Source: Mobula hypostoma
Lineage: Eukaryota
Assembly (NCBI RefSeq): GCF_963921235.1
Contig: NC_086101.1
Location: 2,544,001-2,608,000 of the forward strand
Direction of reading: 5' to 3'
Length of the DNA stretch: 64,000 nucleotides
Shown: positions 24,790-36,989 of the stretch, one piece after another
How the letters are laid out: the number at the start of each line of letters is the position of its first letter
Numbering within the stretch: the stretch's first letter is position 1
Program-made: the position numbers and the translations under genes
Notes under the pieces: model-generated
Database searches by the model: none
The model's input: the letters and a program-made list of their open reading frames with translations, nothing else
Told to the model about the DNA's origin: nothing

Positions 24790-25255
24790 GAGGCGCTTTG
24801 CTGGGCGGATCGACCGTGGCTGATGTGTCCCAGCTGTCTACATGAAACGCAAGCCTGGGCAGCGCGACGTGGAGAGCAAGCTCCCTCCCCACGGCGCTGA
24901 GAGACCGATACAGTCTTGCACCAGCGGCGTCGCGAGTGCCGCCAGTCCGCATTGAGCTCAATGTAGGACTGACTGCCTGAGGGACTCCGCATTTTTCCCC
25001 TCGCGGTTTACTCCCGGAGACTTCCTCTTAAGTGGGTAGAGCGGAGGTTTGAGATCAGAGTTTCCCCTCTCCTGGGCGAGCCCCACCTGCCCGGAGCGAC
25101 TGGATTTAAGGCGCCAGTAACCCGCCTCTGCCCCTTCCCCTGGGTTCCACCGGGTTTGGTAGCTAAGCCACACGTGAAGGCCCGGAGCCGGACTTGGTTG
25201 TCAGAGGCCATTTGAGACACTAGTAGCCTCCGGTGGTGGGAGCCTATCCCCACCC
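24790..25255 (-). mobile_element. Dispersed repeat of about 500 bp (RTE 5'UTR-like); a second copy lies on + at about 56930-57450
   Basis: Shared blocks TACTGGCGCCTTAAATCCAG, ACAACCAAGTCC and CTCAAACCTCCGCT. The RTE assignment is a resemblance only. Confidence 0.6.
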
Positions 25256-25289
25256 ACGTTGAGGAACCGCTCTGGAAGGAGTATAGAGG

Positions 25290-26420
25290 ATTCACACAAG
25301 AGGTTCTGCAGACGCTGGAGATCTCCAACACGCACACAGTGCTGGGGTAACTCAGCAGGGCAGTGGAGGAGCCATGGACAGACGTCTGAATGGGAATGGG
25401 AAATCCAATTGAGCACAACTTAACCTCCGTAACTTCCGCTATCTTCACCAGGGTCCGGATCTCCGCTTCCACAGGGGCCATTCTCTATGTGGTTTCTGCA
25501 CCGATCTCCCCCGCCCCCTCCCGGTGCAAGTACATCCCCTGCCCAGTCACCTCCTCCCTCACCACCATCCAGCGGCCCACGCAGCAAATCCAGGCGAGGC
25601 AACCTGTGAATGTGCTGGGGGCTGGCTACTGTATCCGGCGTTCTCGACGTGGCCTCCTCTAAACCGGCGAGACACGATGTAGATTGGGTGGGTGGGTGGG
25701 TGGGTGGGTGGGGGGGGGGGGACGGCTTTGTCAAACACCTGCGCTCCGTCCGTAGCGAGCAGCATTTCCCGGTGGCCATTTTAATCCCTCGTCCCATTCC
25801 CATCCTGTGACACGGACAGACCCGCCAGAGTGGGAAGCTTGCAGCGACGAGGCCACTCTCTGGTTGGAGGCGCAACTCATCATATTCCTGAAGGCAAACA
25901 ACAGGAATTCTGCAGATGCTGGAAATTCAAGCAACACACATCAAAGCAGGCCAGGCAGCATTTCAGTTAGTTCTGACGAAGGGTCTCGGCCTGAAACGTC
26001 GACTGTACCTCTTCCTAGAGATGCTGCCTGGCCTGCTGCGTTCACCAGCAACTTTGATGTGTGTTGCTTGATATTCCTGAAGGCACGGAAACCGATTTCT
26101 CTCTTTCTCCATCCTGCCTTTCCCCACCCTTCCTTCTGTCCTCACCTACTCATCGCCTCCCTTCTACTTCCCTTTCTCCCGTTGCCCACTCTCCTTCCCA
26201 ACAGGAGATTCCTCCTTCTCCAGACCTTTGCCTTTTTCACCTATCACCTCCCAGTTTCTCACTTCCACCCTCTCCCCCACCCACCTTCCCCTTCCTTTGT
26301 CTCACCTATCACCGGCCAGCTTGCCCTCCCTCCCCTTCTCTCCCCACCGCCCCACACCCCCACACCTTTTCCTGCCCGGTCCTGATGAAAGGTCTCAGCC
26401 AGAAACGGCGACCGTTTCCT
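25290..26420 (+). mobile_element. Old Penelope-like remnant containing a younger 174-bp hammerhead-bearing mini-insertion (25897-26070)
   Basis: Degenerate GIY-YIG sequence; 15-bp TSD ATATTCCTGAAGGCA at 25882-25896 and 26071-26085; hammerhead cores at 25973-26005 and, degenerate, 26382-26414. Confidence 0.8.
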
Positions 26421-26489
26421 TAAAATCTTTTTTTTGGAAACTGAATTTAACAAACTAAATCTGTTTAATTATAATCATAAAACATTTAC

Positions 26490-26830
26490 GCTGTTCCAAG
26501 TGTAAAATGCGCCGGAGGAAGTTTCTGGACGGGAAAAGGATCCGGGAGAGTTGACCACGTCCCGCCGATTGGTGAAGAAAATTCCCAGTCTTTCCCGATT
26601 TGGACGCGATTTTGACTTGATGGACGGAAGGCCGGACCAATGAACGAGCGGGTTCAGGAGGTGGACTAATGAGAGGAAGGCAGGGCGGGACCTCCGGCGC
26701 GGGGGCGTGGTTAAAGTTTGCCGAGAGAGCCGGACTGAAGTTTTTTGTTGTTGTGTCGGAGGGAGGGGCGGCGGGAGATGAAGGGTCGTCCTGGGGCGGC
26801 CGGCGGTGCGGAGGGGCCGCCCGCAGTCTG
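26490..26830 (+). promoter_or_regulatory. CpG-island promoter and probable non-coding first exon
   Basis: High CpG density; ETS-like GGAAGT at 26517; ATTGG at 26568 and CCAAT at 26637; GC boxes GGGCGG at 26683 and GGGGCGTGG at 26702; splice donor TG|GTATGT at 26830/26831. Confidence 0.6.
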
Positions 26831-28657
26831 GTATGTAGAGGGGGAACGGGGAGAGTGGGAGGGGGAGAGGAAGAGGAAGGGGGCGGTGGGTGGGGGAGAG
26901 TGAGGGGGCAGTGAACGAGAGGTTGGACACTTTGGTTGTGGGTCACTCGAGCGGCGCAGCTGAAGGGAGATCTGATAGAGGCTTTTTAAGATTATGAGAG
27001 GCGTAGACTGGGAGTATCCTTTTCCGGCGGTTGAACTATCTAATGCCAGAGGGCATGTATTTAAGGTAAGAGAGCGAATTTCAAAGGAGACGTGAGGGGC
27101 AAGTTTTTTTTAACACGGAGAGAGGAAGGTGCCTGGGATGAGCTGTCTGGGGTGGCGGTAAAGGCAGATACATCGGAGACTTTTCAGAGACGTTTCGGTA
27201 GGCAGATGAATGTAAGGATACGGACGTTGTATAGGCGGCAGAGATTAGTTAGCTAATGCAATTGTTTCAGTAAAGCATTGTGGGCCGAAGGGCCTGTTTC
27301 TGTGCTGTACTGGCCTCTGGCCTATGGGTGGGGGAAACCGGGGAGGGGGGTATTATACTCTGTTTGTTTAGCTCTGAGATAGAGTGCCGAATAGACCCTT
27401 CTGGCCTTCGAGCCGCGCCACCCAGCAATCCCTCAGGTTAACCCTAGCCTAACCACAGGACAATTTGCAAAGGCCGCTTTGGGACCGGGGAGGAGAGCGG
27501 AGCACCCGCAGGAAACCCACGCGGTCACAGGGAGAACGTACAAACTCCTCACGGGATTTTGTCCCACATTGCTGGTACAGTGCTGTAAAGCATTGTGCTA
27601 ACCAGTGCAGTACTGATTGAGTGAGGGGTAGTGAATGGGGGGGGGGAGAGTGAGGGCAAGGGTATATTGGGGGGGCTGCCCTCCTGAAGGATGTGGTGTT
27701 TGGGAGTGTGGACCCCCCCAACTGCCTGAGTAAAGGGGAAGGTGGGACACACTACCCTCTCTCTTCAAGGCAGGGTTTGTAGGTATAAGGTGGAGGGGTC
27801 CCCTGAGGAGGGAACAGGGCAACTAATGGCTGAGTTCCTTGTTGGCCTTTCGGGGAAGAGGCACTACCTTGGGTGGGGGCCCAGTGTGGAGTACTCCCTC
27901 CCTCTCCGTTCCTTCCATGGGCATTTGCACCCCCCCCAAAAGGGAGGCTGGTCACCATTTCAGACAGATGTACAGTGGTTTCTCCTCTGGCCGATGGCAA
28001 AGCCCCGAGTCTGGTTGCCTATCACTGACATCGTGTTGAGAAATGCTTTGTTTCATGTCAGTTGTATGTTTTAAAAAAACATTCCTGCTGGTTACAGAAC
28101 AGATGAGGCGTGTGGTACCAGGCAGGTTCATGGGCTCGGAAATCTGATGAGAGAGGGGGAGAAGCTGTTCCCAAAATAGGGGGTGTCTTTGGGCTCCTGT
28201 GCCCCTCCCTGTAGGCAGCAAGGAGAAGAGGGCACGTCCTGGGTGATGGGGGCCGTCAGTGATGGACGCTGTCCCCCGAGGCATTGCCTTTTGAAGATAT
28301 CCTCCATGGTGGGAAAGTTTGTGCCTATGTCGGAACTGGCTAGACATGGAGCATTACAGCACGGTAATGTTCGGCCCACGGTATTGTGTCAATCTACTCC
28401 AATATCAATCTAACCCTCCCCTCCTACATAACCCTCCCTGTTTATATCATCCGTAGAAGAGTTTCTTAAATGTCCATAATGTAGCTGCCTCTAACACCAC
28501 CAATGGTGGTGTTCCACACACCCACCACACTCTGTTTTAAAAATCCTAACCTATCATGGCACCCCCTATACTTTCCTCATATCGCCCCTCATTATGACCA
28601 GGTCATCTCTGGGAAAAGTCTCTGACTGTCTACTTGATCTGCGCCTCTAATCATCTT

Positions 28658-28743
28658 GTCCACCCGATCTGGCCCTCTGGTCGTCCCGTCCACCCGATCT
28701 GGCCCTCTGGTCGTCCCGTCCACCCGATCTGGCCCTCTGGTCG
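28658..28743. repeat. 30-bp tandem repeat (about 3 copies)
   Basis: GTCCACCCGATCTGGCCCTCTGGTCGTCCC repeated. Confidence 0.9.
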
Positions 28744-28879
28744 ATCTCATTCTCTTATCTTGTACATCTGATCTGTGCAACCTGTCATCTGGTCCAATTA
28801 AGTGGCTGCCTCAATTAGCAAAAGTTTCATGGAAATAGTTCAAAAAGTATTTTTTTTTAAAAAAAGCAAACAGAGCAAT

Positions 28880-30725
28880 TCTGAAGGCATATGAGATATA
28901 TATATTCTGAACAAGTATTCAAAAATTAGTGGGAAGTTAGAGGATTGGGAAGCTTTTAAAAACCACCAGAAGTCAACTAAAAAGTCATTGAGGGAAAGAT
29001 GCAATACATGGTTAAGCTAGCCACTAATATCAAAGAGGAGACCAAAATCTTTTTCAGATCTATAAAGAGAGGTGAGAGTAGATATCGGACAGCTGGAAAA
29101 CAATGCTGGAGAGGTGGAAATTGTGGATGAACTGAATGAGTTTTGTGCATCAGGTCGTCACCGTGGAAGATATTAACAGGATGGTGGAAGTTCAAGAGTG
29201 TAGGGGGGGCAGAGGTGAATGAAGTTACCATTACTAGGGAAGAAGGTGCTTGGGAAACTGAAAGGTCTGAAGGTAGATAAGTCACCTGGACCAGATGGTG
29301 CACACCCCAGGGTTCTGAAGGAGGTGGCTGAGGAGATTGCGGAGACATTACAAATCTTTCAAGAATCACTAGACTCTGGAATGGTTCTGGAGGACTGGAA
29401 AATTGGAAATGTCACTCCACTCTTCAAGAAGGGAGGAAGGCAGAAGAAAGGAAATTATGGGTCAGTTTGTCTGACCTCAGTGGTTGGAAAGATGTTGAAG
29501 CCGATTATTAAGGATGAGGTCTCAGGGTACATGATAAAATAGGCCGTAGTCAGCATGGTTTCATCAAGGGAAATCTTGCCTGACAAATCTGTTTCAATTT
29601 TCTGAGGAAATAACAAGCAGGGGAGTGAGTGGATGTTGTTTATTTGGGTTTTCAGAAGGCCTTTGACAAGGTGCCACACAAGAGGTTACTGAAACTAGGT
29701 ACGCATGACAGGAAAGATTCTAGCATGGATACAGCAGTGGCTGATTTTGCAGGAGGCAAAAGGTGAGAATAAAGGAAATCTTTTCTGGTTGTCTACTGGT
29801 GACTTAGTGGCGTCTGTGGTGGGACCAATTCTTTTTACCTTGTATGTCAATGATTTTGGGTGATGGTTTGATGGGTTTATGGTCAAGTTTTCAGACAATA
29901 CGAAGATAGGTTGGAGGAGTAGGTAGTTTTGAGGAAGCAAGGAGGCTGCAGAGGACAAAGACAGGTTGGGAAAATGGGCAAAGAAGTGGTAGATGGAATA
30001 CAGTGTTGGGAAGTGTATGGTCATGGACTTCGGTAGAAGGAACCAAAGCGTAAACTATTTTCTAAACAGGGAGAAAACTCAAAAATCAGATTTGCAAAGG
30101 GACTTGGAAGTCCTTGTGCAGGATTCCCGAAAGGTTAACTTGCAGGTTGAGTCTGTGGTAAGGAAGGCAAATGCAATGTTAGCATTCATTTCACGAGGAC
30201 TAGAATATAAAAGCAAGGATGTATTGTTGAAGTTTATAAGGTACTGGTGAGGCCTCACTTGGTCCCTTATCTGAGGAATGATGGCTGATGTTGGAGAGGG
30301 TCCAGAGGATGTTCACGAGAATGATTTCGGGAATGAAAGGGTTATCGTATGAAGTGTGTTTGATGGCTCTGGAATTTAGAAGAATCAGGGGTGACCGAAC
30401 TGAAATCTACCGAATGATGAAAGGCTTTGATAGAGTGGATGTGGAGAGGACACAGCCTCAGAATAGAAGGTCACCCCTCTTAGAATGGAGGTGCGGAGGA
30501 AATTCATTAGCCAGAGAGTGGTGAATCTGTGGAATTTGTTGCCACGGCGAGCTGTGGAGGCTAAGTGATTGAGTGTATTTAAAGTGCAGTTTGATAGGTT
30601 CTTGATTAGTCAGGGTGTGAATGGTTGCAGAGAGAATGCAGGTGAACAGGGTTGAGAGGGAAATGGTTTCGGGCACATTTAATGGGCCAATTGGCCTAAT
30701 CCTGCTCCTGTCTCATATGGTCTTG
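28880..30725 (+). mobile_element. Decayed CR1 ORF2 3' half
   Basis: KSPGPDG, LFKKGGRQKKGNY and MLAFISRGLEYKS peptides with many stops. Confidence 0.88.
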
Positions 30726-30729
30726 TGGA

Positions 30730-33005
30730 GGAACAATTTGTACATTTAAATGAAATATGTTGAACACTACTGATACGACTTCAGAACTATAAAACTGTAA
30801 ATTAGTTCCTAATAATTATTGACAGGAATGCATCCAGTGTACGCTGCCGTGTTCTTCTGACTGACTGTAAATGAACGAAATCAGCTCAGATATCTAGTGC
30901 CTTCATACAAAGCTTTCAACCTCCAAATCTTCATTTCCATTGTCAGTACCTTCAAATTCTTTGTAGCTCCTAACTTGCTGAAGCGTTCTTCAATTATGTG
31001 AAGAACAAAAGGTTGACAGGAGTGAAGGTAGGACCGATTAGAGATAAAGGTGGGAAGATGTGCTTGGAGGCTGTGGAAGTGAGCGAGGTCCTCAATGAAT
31101 ACTTCTCTTCATATTCACCAATGAGTGGGAACTTGATGACGGTAAGGACAATATGAGTGAGGTTGATGTTCTGGAGCATGTTGATATTAAGGGAGAGGAG
31201 GTGTTGGAGTTGTTAAAATACATTAGGACAGATAAGTCCCTGGGGCCTGACGGAATATTCCCCAGGCTGCTCCACGAGGCGAGGGAACAGATTGCTGAGC
31301 ATCTGGCTAGGATCTTTATGTCCTCGTTGTCCACGGGAATGGTACCAGAGGATTGGAGGGAGGTGAATGTTTTCCCCTTGTTCAAAAAAGGTAGTTGGGA
31401 TATTCCGGGTAATTATAGACCAGTGAGCCTTGCGTCTGTGGTGGGAAAGCTGTTGGAAAAGATTCTTAGAGATAGGATCTCTGGGCATTTAGAGAATTAT
31501 GGTCTGATCAGGGACAGTCAGCATGGCTTTGTGAAGGGCAGATCGTGTCTAACAAGCCTGATAGAGCTCTTTGAGGAGGTGACCAGGTATATAGATGAGG
31601 GTAGTGCAGTGGATGTGATCTATATGGATTTTAGTAAGGCATTTGACAAAGTTCCACATGGTAGGCTTATTCAGAAAGTCAGAGGGCATGGGATCCAGGG
31701 AAGTTTGGCTAGGTGTATTCAGAATTGGCTTGCCTGCAGAAGGCAGAGGGTGGTGGTGGAGGGAGTACATTCAGATTGGAGGATTGTGACTAGTGGTGTC
31801 TCACAAGGATCTCTTCTGGGACCTCTACTTTTCGTGATTTTTATTAACGACCTGGATGTGGGGGTAGAAGGGTGGGTTGGCAAGTTTGCAGACGACACAA
31901 AGGTTGGTGGTGATGTAGATAGTGTAGAGGATTGTCAAATATTACAGAGAGACATTGATAGGATGCAGAAGTGGGCTGAGAAGTGGCAGATGGAGTTCAA
32001 CCCGGAGAAGTGTGAGGTGGTACACTTTGGAAGGACAAACTCCAAGGCAGAGTACAAAGTAAATGGCAGGATACTTGGTAGTGTGGAGGAGCAGAGGGAT
32101 CTCGGGGTACTGTGGAGTACTGTGTCCAGTTCTGGTCGCCTCACTATAGTAAGGATGTGGAAGCATTGGAAAGGGTACAGAGGAGATTTACCAGGATGCT
32201 ACCTGGTTCAGAGAGTATGCATTATGATCAGAGATTAAGGGAGCTAGGGCTTTACTCTTTGGAGAGAAGGAGGATGAGAGGAGACATGATGGAGGTGTAC
32301 AAGATAATAAGAGGAATAGATAGAGTGGATAGCCAGAGCCTCTTCCCCAGGGCACCACTGCTCAATACAAGAGGACATGGCTTTAAGGTAAGGGGTGGGA
32401 AGTTCAAGGGGGATATTAGAGGAAGGTTTTTTACTCAGAGGGTGGTTGGTGCGTGGAATGCACTGCCTGAGTCAGTGGTGGAGGCAGATACACTAGTGAA
32501 GTTTAAGAGACTACTAGACAGGTATATGGAGGAATTTAAGATGGGGGGTTATATGGGAGGCAGGGTTTGAGGGTCGGCACAACATTGTGGGCCGAAGGGC
32601 CTGTACTGTGCTGTACTATTGTATGTTTATGTTTGAAATTGTTTCATTTTTACTCCCGGCTGATTCTGGCATTTTCAAGCCTGAATGCCTGAAACTGCAG
32701 TGAGCAGAACAGTTCTGAATTGTCTTGCTGCTTATTTCTGACTGACTAGTAGTGACAAAAATTACTGCTTTTTGAACGCAAGCACACACAGCTGACATTG
32801 TTTAAAAACTGTTTGCTCTGAGCACAGTGTAGTGACTAATGGCCACACAAGCGCATGTGATTGCTGCATCCCCGGTTAAGCAGCACAGTGTCCTAAATAA
32901 AGAGAAGGAATTCTGGCAATTTTCATGATTAGTTTTTTTTAAAGAGTTGTCCCAAATGAACTCGTGTCCTGATGAACTGCAGGCAAAGTTACCCGGAATC
33001 CACTG
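30730..33005. mobile_element. Possible Tigger/pogo-like non-autonomous DNA transposon remnant split by a CR1
   Basis: Right end TTACCCGGAATCCACTG resembles a CAGTGGATTCC-type TIR; AT-rich body at 30730-30995 and 32626-33005; no left TIR seen. Confidence 0.35.
30996..32625 (+). mobile_element. Relatively young 5'-truncated CR1 (RT) with an internal deletion near 32110
   Basis: ORFs 31153-32238 (FADD) and 32112-32570, followed by the tail. Confidence 0.92.
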
Positions 33006-33039
33006 CATTGCGAAGGTACAGAATGTCTGTTTCTGTCCC

Positions 33040-34105
33040 GTCATGATGCTGAAAAATTAATTTGCGCCTTTATATCGAGCAGACTAGATTACTGTGATCC
33101 ACGTTGTACCAGCCTTCCAATGCAATCTATTGACAAACTTCAACTCATTGCTAGACACTTAAACAAAATTATGATGAGGGAACAGGTCACTCCCATCCAA
33201 ACTCCCTCTCCCATCAATACTACTCCACATTGGCTTTCTGTACAGTATCTCTTAAAATTGATTTTAAAGTTCTCTTACTTGTTTTTCAAGCTCTCAGTAA
33301 TCTGGGCCAGAGTACATCACAGAATCCTTTTCATTTAATAATCTTGTTCGATCTCAGGTCATCTTCCGCTGGTCTCTGAATTTAAACCATCTCCCTCAAA
33401 AGATGACTGGCAGCTCAGCTTTATTGAACTACGCTCTAAAACTGTGGAACTCAATACCTAAAGCTATAAGACAAGCAGACTCAGTTATCAGCTCTAAGCC
33501 TATTTATTTAGTCATAGTCATGCTTTATTGATCCCGGGGGAAATTGGGTTTTGTTACAGTTGCACCATAAATAATAAATAGTAATAGAACCATAAATAGT
33601 TAAATAGTAATATGTAAATTATGAAATAAGTCCAGGACCAGCCTATTGGCTCAGGGTGTCTGACCCTCCAAGGGAGGAGTTGTAAAGTTTGATGGCCACA
33701 GGCAGGAATGACTTCCTATGACGCTCTGTGTTGCATCTCGGTGGAATGAGTCTCTGGCTGAATGTACTCCTGTGCCCACCCAGTACATTATGTAGTGGAT
33801 GGGAGACATTGTCCAAGATGGCATGCAACTTAGACAGCATCCTCTTTTCAGACACCACTGTGAGAGAGTCCAGTTCCATCCCCACCACATCACTGGCCTT
33901 ACGAATGAGTTTGTTGATTCTGTTGATGTCTGCTACCCTCAGCCTGCTGCCCCAGCACACAACAGCAAACATGATCGCACTGGCCACCACATTTAACCTT
34001 CCTTTAATGAGCATCTTTTTTCTTTTATCTTTATTTTCATATTTGTGCTTTTATCCGAAAGCACTTTGAATGACATCACCTGCATGAGAAGTGCTCTGTA
34101 ATTAT
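33040..34105 (+). mobile_element. L2 LINE 3' fragment interrupted by a Rex1/Babar fragment
   Basis: AFISSRLDYC, LQLI, LHWL and DFKVLLL-like peptides; 3' stem AAGCACTTTG...AAGTGCT. Confidence 0.75.
33511..33990 (-). mobile_element. Young Rex1/Babar-type LINE 3' fragment
   Basis: VASAIMFAVVCWGS...HPLH...RKSFLPVAIKLYN; near-identical to about 39214-39695; ATTTA on both flanks. Confidence 0.85.
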
Positions 34106-35232
34106 GCTCCCTGCAACCGTGAATCTCGGATGTATATGATGACATACATACCCACTCTGATAATAAGTTTACTTTGAAATCTCAAACTCTGAATGAGCTT
34201 GCTGCCTTTGTGATCTGTGCAGTTAGTGAAGCGGTTTGATTAGCCAGTAGTCTGTGTGAGGGTTGGTCGCTATTTTTACCGTGCCTTGTGTATGGGGCTC
34301 TCCCTCTCCCACTCCCCTCTCTGTGGCGTGCGCGAGGGGTTGTGACTGGTGCTATAGGAGTGTTCAGGCTGCGTGTTCGCCTGTGGTTGGCGGAGTCCCG
34401 CTGCCGGTGCTGAGGAGGCTACGTAGCGATCGCACCAGACTCACCACCAATTACTCTTCCCAAGCAGTGAGGCTGATCAACACCTCCACCCACAAACCCA
34501 CTCCTCCACACGACTTAATCCTTTCCTGTCAGAGTCACCTTGCATACAGACACTCCTGTGCCTAGTGTCACTTTATGGACATACAGTCGATCCAAAGCTC
34601 TCTTCCATGAGTATTTCTATCCATTGCATTTTGTATTATAGTGTTCCTTATCATGTTGTACTGCAAGGTAACAATAATTTTGTTCTCTACGCGTGTGTAC
34701 AGGAAATAACATGAAACAATCTTGAATCTTGGGTTAGGGAGAGAGCAGGACCTGTCTCTGCCTGCTCCACTGGCAATGATCCTCATTCCGATCTCTCACA
34801 TGAATCGGATTCCTGGAATCCTGCCTGCGAGCCCTGAAATTCGTCCTGGCCGTGACTGGGAGCTCCAGCAGTGAGCTGAACCGGGAGACTGTAGATGGTT
34901 CCTGGGTATCAACAGATGTGAAGATCTATCCTGGGAAATTACAAGTTCTAGTGGGAGTTTAAGATTTGGTCTGTCACCAAAGATGCTCACAAATTTCTAC
35001 AGATGTACCTTGGAGAGTGTTCTGACAGGCTGCTTCACCGTCTGTGTGGGGGGGCCATTGCACAGGTCTAGGTAAAGCTGCTGGTTAGTGTGGCACCTCA
35101 CAGTATCAGTGACCCGGGTTCAGTTTCATCACTGCCGCTAAGGAGTGTGTATGATCTCCCCGAGACGCACGGGTTTCCTCCGGGTGCTCTGGTCTCCTCT
35201 CCGTTTGGCACAGACATGGGACATCTGCAGAG

Positions 35233-35525
35233 GTGAGAGTCTCAGTGAACTGATCAGGTTACGAGCGGGACTCGTGCTGGAGGATTCGCAGATGGGGGAG
35301 GGGATTACTGTGTGGTGAGTGTCCGTTTGCAGTGGTCAGGTTACGAGTCGGGGGACTCGTGCAGGAGAGTTCGTGGATGGGGGAGGGAATCATTCTGTTG
35401 TGAGAGTCCTATTGCTCTTATCAGGTTACGGAGTGGGGACTCGTACAGGAGAATTCATTGATGGGGGAAGGGATTATTTTGCAGTGGTGAGAGTCATATT
35501 GCTCTGTTCAGGTTAAGAGCAGGGA
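35233..35525. repeat. Degenerate tandem repeat (about 4 copies of 80-90 bp)
   Basis: GTGAGAGTC...TCAGGTTACGAG..GGGACTCGT recurs. Confidence 0.7.
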
Positions 35526-36989
35526 ATTGTGTAGCAGACATCCCATGGTTAGGGGAGGGGGAGGAGTTTCCCAAATTTAACCAACGACGACCTCCATCCC
35601 AGGAGAGAGAGAGAGGGTGATTCCAGCAGCCCCTCACCTAATCCCTGTCTGCCCTGGGGAGTGGGGGGGGAGGTGTGGGATCTCGACTGTTAGCATTCAT
35701 TTTGAAAAAAACTAAAGTGTGATTCTGACTGAGGCTTTACAAGGTATTGGGGAGAGTCCTGAGGCGGTTTAGAAGAATGATCCCAGGAATCAAAAGGGTT
35801 AATGTATGAGGAGTGTTTGACTCGGACTCACTGGAGTTTAGAAGAATGGTGGGGTGGGGAGATCTGATTGAAACCCATCCAATATTGAAAGGCCTGGATA
35901 GAGGGGTGGAGGACAGCCTCAGAACTGAGGGACATCCATGAAGACTAGAGGAATTTCTTTCGGTAGAATGTGGTGAATCCATCACCACAGGTAGTTGTGA
36001 GGCCAAGTTATTCGGTCCAGTTAAAGCGGTGGCTGATCAGTCAGAGGTTACGAAGAGAAGAGGGAATGGGGTTGCGAGGGGTAATACATCAGCCATGGTC
36101 TAATGGAGCAGACTGACAGGCAGAATGGCCTAATTCTGCTCTTAGGGAATGAGACAGTGCAGGGAACACTTGGTATCCAGCAATCACAATGCCAGTAGTT
36201 TCAAAGTAAATGTACAAGATGTTAGGTCTGGTCCATGGGTTGAGATTGTAAATTGGAGAAAGGTCAATTTTGATGCTGTCAGAAAGGATCTCGTAAGTGT
36301 GGACTGGGACAGGCTGTTTTCAGGCCAAAGTAAGGGCACAGGGCCTTCAGAAACAAAATCTCAGAGAACAAAGTTTGTATATGCCTGTCAGGGTAAAAGG
36401 TAAAGATAACAGGTGTCGAGAGCCTTGGCTTTCAAGAGATATTGAGGGCCTGGTTTTAAAAAAAAGAGGAGGTGCATGGCCGGTAGGAACAAAGGAGGTG
36501 CTTATGGAGTACGTATAAGAAATCAGGAGGGCTAAAAGAGGCATGAAGTTGCTCTAGCAGACAAGGTGAAGGAGAATCATAAGACTAAAAGATGGAGGAG
36601 TAGAATTAGGCCATTTGGCCCATTGAGCCTGCTCTGTCAATCTCATCATCACTGATCCAATTTTCCTCTCAGCCCCAACCTCCTGCCTTCTCCCTGTATC
36701 CCTTCATGCCCTGACCAATCTAGAATCTGTCAAACTCTGCCTTAAATATACATAAAGACTTGGCCTCCACAGTTTCCTATGACAAAGAATTCCACAGATG
36801 CACCACTCTCTGGCTAAAGAAATTCCTCCTAATCTAATCTCAGTTCTAAATGGACGTCGCTCTATTCTGAGGCTGTGCCCTCTGGTCTTAGACTCTCCCA
36901 CTATAGGAAACATCCTCCACATCCACTCTATTGAGGGCCTTTCAATGTTCAATAGGTTTCAGTGAGGTCCCCCCTCATTCTGCCGAATT

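Noticed and set aside
25140..25255. HDV-like ribozyme in the RTE-like repeat
   Set aside because: Hairpins are present, but I could not build the nested double pseudoknot (no convincing P1, P1.1 or P4).
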